From assembly GCA_964016885.1 (NCBI GenBank), contig OZ024744.1:16120001-16184000 (forward strand): 64,000 bases of DNA. Direction: 5' to 3'. Within the stretch, counting starts at the first letter, position 1, and each line of letters opens with the position of its first letter. Below, piece after piece: positions 52,800 to 63,200 of the stretch. A model generated the notes under the pieces. The model had not been told where the DNA came from, searched no databases, and saw only the letters and a list, made by a program, of their open reading frames with translations. The position numbers and the translations under genes were made by a program. Source of the DNA: Eledone cirrhosa (Eukaryota).

Positions 52800-55700
52800 G
52801 GAGGAGAATATGAAGGAAGTTGGAGAAGGAGAATATGAAGGAAGTTGGAGAAGGAGAGTATGAAGGAAGTTGGAGATGGAGAGTATGAAATAAGTTGAAT
52901 AAGGAGAATATCAAGGAAGTTGAAGAAGGAGAATATGAAGGAAGTTGGAGAAGGAGAGTATGAAGGAAGTTGAAGGAAGAAAATATGAAGGAAGTTAGAG
53001 AAGGAGAGTATGAAGGAAGTTGGAGAAGGAGAATATGAAGGAAGTTGCAGAAGGATAATATGAAGGAAGTTGGAGAAGGAGAGTATGAAGGAAGTTGGAG
53101 AAGGCGAGTATGAAGGAAATTGGAGAAGGAGAGTATGAAGGAGGTTGGAGGAGGAGAGTATGAAGGAAGTTGGAGAAGGAGAATATGAAGGAAATTGGAG
53201 AAGGAGCGTATGAAGGAAGTTGGAGAAAAAGAATATGAAGGAAGTTGTGGAAGAAGGTATGAAGGAAGTTGGAGAAGGAGAGTTTGAAGAAAGTTGGAGA
53301 AGGAGAGTATGAAGGAAGTTGAAGGAAGAAAATATGAAGGAAGTTGGAGGAGGAGAATATGAAGGAAGATGGAGAAGGAGAATATGAAGGAAGTTGGAGA
53401 AGGAAAATATGAAGGATGTTGGAGAAGGATAATATGAAAGAAGTTGGAGAAGGAGAGTATGAAAGAAGTTGGAGAAGGAGAGTATGAAGGAAGTTGGAGA
53501 AGGAGATTATGAAGGAAGTTGGAGAAGGAGAGTATGAAGGTAGTTGGGGAAGGAGCGTATGAAGGAAGTTGAAGGAGGAGAATATGAAGGAAGTTGAAGA
53601 AGGAGAATATGAAGGAAGTTGGAGAAGGAGAGTATGAAGGAAGTTGAAGGAAGAAAATATGAAGGAAGTTGGAGGAGGAGAATATGAAAGGAAGTTGGAG
53701 AAGGAAAATATGAAGGATGTTGGAGAAGGATAATATGAAAGAAGTTGGAGAAGGAGAGTATGAAGGAAGTTGTAGAAGGAGCGTATGAAGGAAGTTGGAG
53801 AAGGCGATTATGAAGGAAGTTGGAGAAGGAGAGTATGAAGGAAGTTGGAGAAGGAGCGTATGAAGGAAGTTGAAGGAAGAAAATATGAAGGAAGTTGGAG
53901 GAGGAGAATATGAAGGAATTTGGAGAAGGAAAATATGAAGGATGTTGGAGAAGGATAATATGAAAGAAGTTGGAGAAGGAGAGTATGAAGAAAGTTGAAT
54001 AAGGAGAATATGAAGGAAGTTGGAGAAGGAGAGTATGAAGGAAGTTGGAGAAGGAGAATATGAAGGAAGTTGGAGAAGGAGAGTATGAAGGAAGTTGGAG
54101 AAGGAGAGTATGAAGGAAGTTGGAGAAGGAGAGTATGAAGGAAGTTGAAGAAGGAGAATAAGAAGGAAGTTGGAGAAGGAGAGTATGAAGGAAGTTGAAG
54201 GAGGAGAATATGAAGGAATTTGAAGAAGGAGAATCTGAAGGAAGTTGGAGAAAGAGAGTATGAAGGAAGTTGAAGGCGTAGAATATGAAGGAAGTTGAAG
54301 GAGGAGAATATGAACGAATTTGGAGAAGGAGAGTATGAAGGAAGTTGGAGAAGGAGAATCTGAAGGAAGTTGGAGAAGGAGAGTATGAAGGAAGTTGAAG
54401 GAGAAGAATATGAAGGAAGTTGAAGAAAGAGAATCTGAGGGAAGTTGGAGAAGGAGAGTATGAAGGAAGTTGAAGAAGGAGAATCTGAAGGAAGTTGGAG
54501 AAGGAGAGTATGAAGGAAGTTGGAGAAGAGAGTATGAAGGAGGTTGGAGAAGGAGAATATGAAGGAAGTTGGAGAAGGAGAGTATGAAGGAGCTTGGAAT
54601 TGTAGAGTATGAAGGAAGTTGGAGAAGGATAATATGAAGGAAGTTGCAGAAGCAGAGTATGAAGGATGTTGGAGAAGGAGAGTTTGAAGGAAGTTGGAGA
54701 AGGAGAGTATGAAGAAAGTTGAATAAGGAGAATATGAAGGAAGTTGGAGAAGGAGAGTATGAAGGAAGTTGGAGAAGGAGAATATGAAGGAAGTTGGAGA
54801 AGGAGAGTATGAAGGAAGTTGGAGAAGGAGAGTATGAAGGAAGTTGGAGAAGGAGAGTATGAAGGAAGTTGAAGAAGGAGAATAAGAAGGAAGTTGGAGA
54901 AGGAGAGTATGAAGGAAGTTGAAGGAGGAGAATATGAAGGAATTTGAAGAAGGAGAATCTGAAGGAAGTTGGAGAAAGAGAGTATGAAGGAAGTTGAAGG
55001 CGTAGAATATGAAGGAAGTTGAAGGAGGAGAATATGAACGAATTTGGAGAAGGAGAGTATGAAGGAAGTTGGAGAAGGAGAATCTGAAGGAAGTTGGAGA
55101 AGGAGAGTATGAAGGAAGTTGAAGGAGAAGAATATGAAGGAAGTTGAAGAAAGAGAATCTGAGGGAAGTTGGAGAAGGAGAGTATGAAGGAAGTTGAAGA
55201 AGGAGAATCTGAAGGAAGTTGGAGAAGGAGAGTATGAAGGAAGTTGGAGAAGAGAGTATGAAGGAGGTTGGAGAAGGAGAATATGAAGGAAGTTGGAGAA
55301 GGAGAGTATGAAGGAGCTTGGAATTGTAGAGTATGAAGGAAGTTGGAGAAGGATAATATGAAGGAAGTTGGAGGAGGAGAATATGAAGGAAGTTGGAGAA
55401 GGAGAATATGAAGGAAGTTGGAGAAGGAGAGTATGAAGGAAGTTGGAGATGGAGAGTATGAAATAAGTTGAATAAGGAGAATATCAAGGAAGTTGAAGAA
55501 GGAGAATATGAAGGAAGTTGGAGAAGGAGAGTATGAAGGAAGTTGAAGGAAGAAAATATGAAGGAAGTTAGAGAAGGAGAGTATGAAGGAAGTTGGAGAA
55601 GGAGAATATGAAGGAAGTTGCAGAAGGATAATATGAAGGAAGTTGGAGAAGGAGAGTATGAAGGAAGTTGGAGAAGGCGAGTATGAAGGAAATTGGAGAA

Positions 55701-57270
55701 GGAGAGTATGAAGGAGGTTGGAGGAGGAGAGTATGAAGGAAGTTGGAGAAGGAGAATATGAAGGAAATTGGAGAAGGAGCGTATGAAGGAAGTTGGAGAA
55801 AAAGAATATGAAGGAAGTTGTGGAAGAAGGTATGAAGGAAGTTGGAGAAGGAGAGTTTGAAGAAAGTTGGAGAAGGAGAGTATGAAGGAAGTTGAAGGAA
55901 GAAAATATGAAGGAAGTTGGAGGAGGAGAATATGAAGGAAGATGGAGAAGGAGAATATGAAGGAAGTTGGAGAAGGAAAATATGAAGGATGTTGGAGAAG
56001 GATAATATGAAAGAAGTTGGAGAAGGAGAGTATGAAGGAAGTTGGAGAAGGAGAGTATGAAGGAAGTTGGAGAAGGAGATTATGAAGGAAGTTGGAGAAG
56101 GAGAGTATGAAGGTAGTTGGGGAAGGAGCGTATGAAGGAAGTTGAAGGAGGAGAATATGAAGGAAGTTGAAGAAGGAGAATATGAAGGAAGTTGGAGAAG
56201 GAGAGTATGAAGGAAGTTGAAGGAAGAAAATATGAAGGAAGTTGGAGGAGGAGAATATGAAAGGAAGTTGGAGAAGGAAAATATGAAGGATGTTGGAGAA
56301 GGATAATATGAAAGAAGTTGGAGAAGGAGAGTATGAAGGAAGTTGTAGAAGGAGCGTATGAAGGAAGTTGGAGAAGGCGATTATGAAGGAAGTTGGAGAA
56401 GGAGAGTATGAAGGAAGTTGGAGAAGGAGCGTATGAAGGAAGTTGAAGGAAGAAAATATGAAGGAAGTTGGAGGAGGAGAACATGAAGGAATTTGGAGAA
56501 GGAAAATATGAAGGATGTTGGAGAAGGATAATATGAAAGAAGTTGGAGAAGGAGAGTATGAAGAAAGTTGAATAAGGAGAATATGAAGGAAGTTGGAGAA
56601 GGAGAGTATGAAGGAAGTTGGAGAAGGAGAATATGAAGGAAGTTGGAGAAGGAGAGTATGAAGGAAGTTGGAGAAGGAGAGTATGAAGGAAGTTGGAGAA
56701 GGAGAGTATGAAGGAAGTTGAAGAAGGAGAATAAGAAGGAAGTTGGAGAAGGAGAGTATGAAGGAAGTTGAAGGAGGAGAATATGAAGGAATTTGAAGAA
56801 GGAGAATCTGAAGGAAGTTGGAGAAAGAGAGTATGAAGGAAGTTGAAGGCGTAGAATATGAAGGAAGTTGAAGGAGGAGAATATGAACGAATTTGGAGAA
56901 GGAGAGTATGAAGGAAGTTGGAGAAGGAGAATCTGAAGGAAGTTGGAGAAGGAGAGTATGAAGGAAGTTGAAGGAGAAGAATATGAAGGAAGTTGAAGAA
57001 AGAGAATCTGAGGGAAGTTGGAGAAGGAGAGTATGAAGGAAGTTGAAGAAGGAGAATCTGAAGGAAGTTGGAGAAGGAGAGTATGAAGGAAGTTGGAGAA
57101 GAGAGTATGAAGGAGGTTGGAGAAGGAGAATATGAAGGAAGTTGGAGAAGGAGAGTATGAAGGAGCTTGGAATTGTAGAGTATGAAGGAAGTTGGAGAAG
57201 GATAATATGAAGGAAGTTGGAGAAGCAGAGTATGAAGGATGTTGGAGAAGGAGAGTTTGAAGGAAGTTGG
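52800..57270 (+). repeat. About 1.9-kb block duplicated at offset 2573 (about 52800-54690 / about 55370-57270), with an intervening 724-bp internal tandem duplication
   Basis: ORF boundaries 52914/55487 and 53808/56381. The C of the private variant GAAGGCGTAG is at 54277, 55001 (+724) and 56850 (+2573). Confidence 0.87.
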
Positions 57271-60200
57271 AGGAGGAGAGTATGAAGGAATTTGGAGAAG
57301 GAGAGTATGAAGGAAGTTGGAGAAGGAGAATATGAACAAAGTTGAAGGAGGAGAATATGAAGGAAGTTGGAGGAGGAGAGTATGAAGGAAGTTGGAGAAG
57401 GAGAGTATGAAGGAGGTTGGAGAAGGAGAATATGAAGGAAGTTGGAGAAGGAGAGTATGAAGGAGCTTGGAATTGTAGAGTATGAAGGAAGTTGGAGAAG
57501 GATAATATGAAGGAAGTTGGAGAAGCAGAGTATGAAGGAAGTTGGAGAAGGAGAGTTTGAAGGAAGTTGGAGGAGGAGAGTATGAAGGAAGTTGGAGAAG
57601 GAGAATCTGACGGACGTTGGAGAAGGAGAGTAGGAAAGAAGTTGGAGAAGGATAATATGAAGGAAGTTGGATAAGGAGAATATGAAGGAAGTTGGAGGAG
57701 AGTATGAAGGAAGTTGGAGAAAGAGAGTATGAAGGAAGTTGAAGGAGGAGTATATGAACGAAGTTGGAGATGGAGAATATGAAGAAAGTTGAAGTAGGAC
57801 AATATGAAGTAAGTTGAAGAAGGAGAATCAGAAGGAAGTTGGAGAAGGAGAATATGAAGGAAGTTGAAGGAGCAGAATATGAAGGAAGATGGAGAAGGAG
57901 AGTATGAAGGAAGTTGGAGAAGGAGAATATGAAGGAATTTGGAGAAGGAGAGTATGAAGGAAGTTGGAGAAGGAGAATATGAAGAAAGTTGAAGGAGGAG
58001 AATATGAAGGAAGTTGGAGGAGGAGAGTATGAAGGAAGTTGGAGAAGGAGAGTATGAAGGAGGTTGGAGAAGGAGAATATGAAGGAAGTTGGAGAAGGAG
58101 AGTATGAAGGAGCTTGGAATTGTAGAATATGAAGGAAGTTGGAGAAGCAGAGTATGAAGGATGTTGGAGAAGGAGAGTTTGAAGGAAGTTGGAGGAGGAG
58201 AGTATGAAGGAAGTTGGAGAAGGAGAATCTGACGGACGTTGGAGAAGGAGAGTAGTAAAGAAGTTGGAGAAGGATAATATCAAGGAAGTTGGATAAGGAG
58301 AATATGAAGGAAGTTGAAGGAGGAGAATATTAAAGAAGTTGGAAAAGGAGAGTATGTAGGAAGGTGGAGAAAGAGAATCTGAAGGAAGTTGGAGAAGGAG
58401 AGTATGAAGCAAGTTGGAGAAGGAGACTATGAAGGAAGTTGGAGAAGGAAAGTATGAAGGAAGTTGGAGAAGGAGAGTATGAAGGAAGTTGGAGAAGGAG
58501 ATTATGAAGGAATTTGGAGAAGGCGAGTATGAAGGAAGTTGGAGAAGGAGCGTATGATGGAAGTTGGAGAAGGAGATTATGAAGGAAGTTGAATAAGGAG
58601 AATATGAAGGAAGTTGGAGAAGGAGAGTATGAAGGAAGTTGGAGAAGGAGAGTATGAAGGGGGTCGGAGGAGGAGAATATGAAGGAAGTTGGGGAAGAAG
58701 GTATGAAGGAAGTTGGAGAAGGAGAGTCTGAAGGAAGTTGGAGCTGGAGAGTATGAAGGAAGTTGAAGAAGGAGAGTATGAAGGAAGTTGGAGAAGTAGA
58801 GTATGAAGGAAGTTGGAGGTGGAGAGTATGAAATAAGTTGAATAAGGAGAATATCAAGGAAGTTGAAGAAGTAGAATATGAAGGAAGTTGGAGAAGGAGA
58901 GTATGAAGGAAGTTGAAGGAAGAAAATATGAAGGAAGCTGGAGAAGGAGAGTATGAAGGAAGTTGGAGAAGGCGAGTATGAAGGAAATTGGAGAAGGAGA
59001 GTATGAAGGAGGTTGGAGGAGGAGAGTATGAAGGAAGTTGGAGAAGGAGAATATGAAGGAAATTGGAGAAGGAGCGTATGAAGGAAGTTGGAGAAAAAGA
59101 ATATGAAGGAAGTTGTGGAAGAAGGTATGAAGGAAGTTGGAGAAGGAGAGTTTGAAGAAAGTTGGAGAAGGAGAGTATGAAGGAAGTTGAAGGAAGAAAA
59201 TATGAAGGAAGTTGGAGGAGGAGAATATGAAGGAAGTTGGAGAAGGAGAATATGAAGGAAGTTGGAGAAGGAAAATATGAAGGAAGTTGGAGAAGGAGAG
59301 TATGAAGGAAGTTGGAGAAGGAGATTATGAAGGAAGTTGGAGAAGGAGAGTATGAAGGAAGTTGGAGAAGGAGCGTATGAAGGAAGTTGAAGGAGGAGAA
59401 TATGAAGGAAGTTGAAGAAGGAGAATAAGAAGGAAGTTGGAGAAGGAGAGTATGAAGGAAGTTGAAGGAAGAAAATATGAAGGAAGTTGGAGGAGGAGAA
59501 TATGAAAGGAAGTTGGAGAAGGAAAATATGAAGGATGTTGGAGAAGGATAATATGAAAGAAGTTGGAGAAGGAGAGTATGAAGGAAGTTGTAGAAGGAGC
59601 GTATGAAGGAAGTTGAAGAAGGCGATTATGAAGGAAGTTGGAGAAGGAGAGTATGAAGGAAGTTGGAGAAGCAGCGTATGAAGGAAGTTGGAGAAGGAGA
59701 GTATGAAGGAAGTTGAAGGAAGAAAATATGAAGGAAGTTGGAGGAGGAGAATATGAAGGAATTTGGAGAAGGAAAATATGAAGGATGTTGGAGAAGGATA
59801 ATATGAAAGAAGTTGGAGAAGGAGAGTATGAAGAAAGTTGAATAAGGAGAATATGAAGGAAGTTGGAGAAGGAGAGTATGAAGGAAGTTGGAGAAGGAGA
59901 GTATGAAGGAAGTTGAAGAAGGAGAATATGAAGGAAATTGGAGAAGGAGCGTATGAAGGAAGTTGGAGAAGGCGATTATGAAGGAAGTTGGAGAAAGAGA
60001 GTATGAAGGAAGTTGGAGAAGGAGAGTTTGAAGAAAGTTGGAGAAGGAGAGTATGAAGGAAGTTGAAGGAAGAAAATATGAAGGAAGTTGGAGGAGGAGA
60101 ATATGAATGAAGTTGGAGAAGGAGAATATGAAGGAAGTTGGAGAAGGAAAATATGAAGGATGTTGGAGAAGGATAATATGAAAGAAGTTGGAGAAGGAGA

Positions 60201-63200
60201 GTATGAAGGAAGTTGGAGAAGGAGAGTATGAAGGAAATTGGAGAAGGAGATTATGAAGGAAGTTGGAGAAGGAGAGTATGAAGGAAGTTGGAGAAGGAGC
60301 GTATGAAGGAAGTTGAAGGAGGAGAATATGAAGGAAGTTGAAGAAGGAGAATATGAAGGAAGTTGGAGAAGGAGAGTATGAAGGAAGTTGAAGGAAGAAA
60401 ATATGAAGGAAGTTGGAGGAGGAGAATATGAAAGGAAGTTGGAGAAGGAAAATATGAAGGATGTTGGAGAAGGATAATATGAAAGAAGTTGGAGAAGGAG
60501 AGTATGAAGGAAGTTGGAGAAGGCGATTATGAAGGAAGTTGGAGAAGGAGAGTATGAAGGAAGTTGGAGAAGGAGCGTATGAAGGAAGTTGGAGAAGGAG
60601 AGTATGAAGGAAGTTGAAGGAAGAAATATGAAGGAAGTTGGAGGAGGAGAATATGAAGGAATTTGGAGAAGGAAAATATGAAGGATGTTGGAGAAGGATA
60701 ATATGAAAGAAGTTGGAGAAGGAGAGTATGAAGAAAGTTGAATAAGGAGAATATGAAGGAAGTTGGAGAAGGAGAGTATGAAGGAAGTTGGAGAAGGAGA
60801 ATATGAAGGAAGTTGGAGAAGGAGAGTATGAAGGAAGTTGGAGAAGGAGAGTATGAAGGAAGTTGGAGAAGGAGAGTATGAAGGAAGTTGAAGGAGGAGA
60901 ATAAGAAGGAAGTTGGAGAAGGAGAGTATAAAGGAAGTTGAAGGAGGAGAATATGAAGGAAGTTGGAGAAGGAGAGTATAAAGGAAGTTGGAGAAGGAGA
61001 ATATGAAGGAAGTTGGGGAAGAAGGTATGAAGGAAGTTGGAGAAGGAGAGTATGAAGGAAGTTGGAGAAGGAGAGTATGAAGGAATTTGGAGAAGGAGAG
61101 TATGAAGGAAGTTGAAGGAAGAAAATATGAAGGAAGTTGGAGAAGGAGAGTATGAAGGAAGTTGGGGAAGAAGGTATGAAGGAAGTTGGAGAAGGAGAGT
61201 ATGTAGGAAGTTGGAGAAGGAGAGTATGAAGGAAGTTGGAGAAGGAGAGTATGAAGGAAGTTGAAGAAGTAGAATATGAAGGAAGTTGGAGAAGAAGAGT
61301 ATGAAGGAAGTTGAAGGAGGAGAACATGAACGAAGTTGAAGAAGGAGAATCTGAAGGACGTTGGAGAAGGAGAGTATGAAGGAAGTTGAAGGAGGAGAAT
61401 ATGAAGAAAGTTGAAGTAGGAGAATATGAACGAATTTGGAGGAGAGTATGAAGGAAGTTGGAGAATGAGAATCTGAAGGAAGTTGGAGAAGGAGAGTATG
61501 AAGGAAGTTGGAGAAGGAGAATCTGAAGGAAGTTGGAGAAGGAGAGTATGAAGGAAGTTGAAGAAGGAGAATCTGAAGGAAGTTGGAGAAGGAGAGTATG
61601 AAGGAAGTTGGGGGAGGAGAATATGAAGGAAGTTGAAGGAGGAGAATATGAACGAAGTTGAAGAAGGAGAATATGAAGGAAGTTGAAGGGGGAGAATATG
61701 AAGGAAGTTGAAGATGGAGAATCAGAAGGATGTTGGAGAAGGAGAGAATGAAGGAAGTTGAAGAAGGAGAATCTGAAAGAAGTTGGAGAAGGAGAGTAGT
61801 AAGGAAGTTGGAGAAGGAGAATCTGAAGGAAGTTGGAGAAGGAGAGTATGAAGGAAGTTGAAGGAGAAGTATATGAAGGAAGTTGAAGAAGTAGAATCTG
61901 AAGGAAGTTGGAGAAAGGGAGTATGATGGAAGTTGAAGAAGGAGAATCTGAAGGAAGTTGGAAAAGGAGAGTATGAAGGAAGTTGGAGAAGGAGAATATG
62001 AAGGAAGTTGGAGAAGGGGAGTATGAAGGAAGTTGGAGAAGAATCTGAAGGAAGTTGGAGAAGGAGAGTATGAAGGAAGTTGAAGGAGAAGAATATGAAG
62101 GAAGTTGAAGGAGAATCTGAAGGAAGTTGGAGAAGGAGAGTATGAAGGAAGTTGAAGAAGGAGAATCTGAAGGAAGTTGGAGATGGAGAGTATGAAGGAA
62201 GTTAGAGAAGGAGAATATGAAGGAAATTGAAGGAGGAGTATATGAACGAAGTTGGAGAAGGAGAATATGAAGGAAGTTGAAGGAGCAGAATATGAAGGAA
62301 GTTGAAGAAGGACAATCAGAAGGAAGTTGGAGAAGGAGAGTATGAAGGAAGTTGAAGAAGGAGAATCTGAAAGAAGTTGGAGAAGGAGAGTATGAAAGAA
62401 GTTGGAGAAGGAGAGTATGAATGAAGTTGAAGAAGGAGAATCTGAAGGAAGTTGGAGGAGAGTATGAAGGAAGTTGGAGAAAGAGAGTATGAAGGAAGTT
62501 GAAGGAGGAGTATATGAACGAAGTTGGAGATGGAGAATATGAAGAAAGTTGAAGTAGGAGAATATGAAGTAAGTTGAAGAAGGAGAATCAGAAGGAAGTT
62601 GGAGAAGGAGAATATAAAGGAAGTTGAAGGAGCAGAATATGAAGGAAGATGGAGAAGAAGAGTATGAAGGAAGTTGGAGAAGGAGAATATGAAGGAATTT
62701 GGAGAAGTAGAGTATGAAGGAAGTTGGAGAAGGAGAATATGAAGAAAGTAGAAGGAGGAGAATATGAAGGAAGTTGGAGGAGGAGAGTATGAAGGAAGTT
62801 GGAGAAGGAGAGTATGAAGGAGGTTGGAGAAGGAGAATATGAAGGAAGTTGGAGAAGGAGAGTATGAGGGAGCTTGGAATTGTAGAGTATGAAGGAAGTT
62901 GGAGAAGGATAATATGAAGGAAGTTGGAGAAGCAGAGTATGAAGGATGTTGGAGAAGGAGAGTTTGAAGGAAGTTGGAGGAGGAGAGTATGAAGGAAGTT
63001 GGAGAAGGAGAATCTGACGGACGTTGGAGAAGGAGAGTAGGAAAGAAGTTGGAGAAGGATAATATGAAGGAAGTTGGATAAGGAGAATATGAAGGAAGTT
63101 GAAGGAGGAGAATATTAAAGAAGTTGGAAAAGGAGAGTATGAAGGAAGTTGGAGAAAGAGAATCTGAAGTAAGTTGGAGAAGGAGAGTATGAAGGAAGTT

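Larger units (their letters stand above)
50230..59270 (+). repeat. About 2.6-kb block duplicated at offset 6441 then 6417 (about 50230-52850 / about 56670-59270)
   Basis: ORF pair 49940..51361/56381..57802. Private variant GTAGGACAATATGAAGTAAG at about 51354/57795. GATAATATCAA ends at 51866/58283. Confidence 0.88.
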
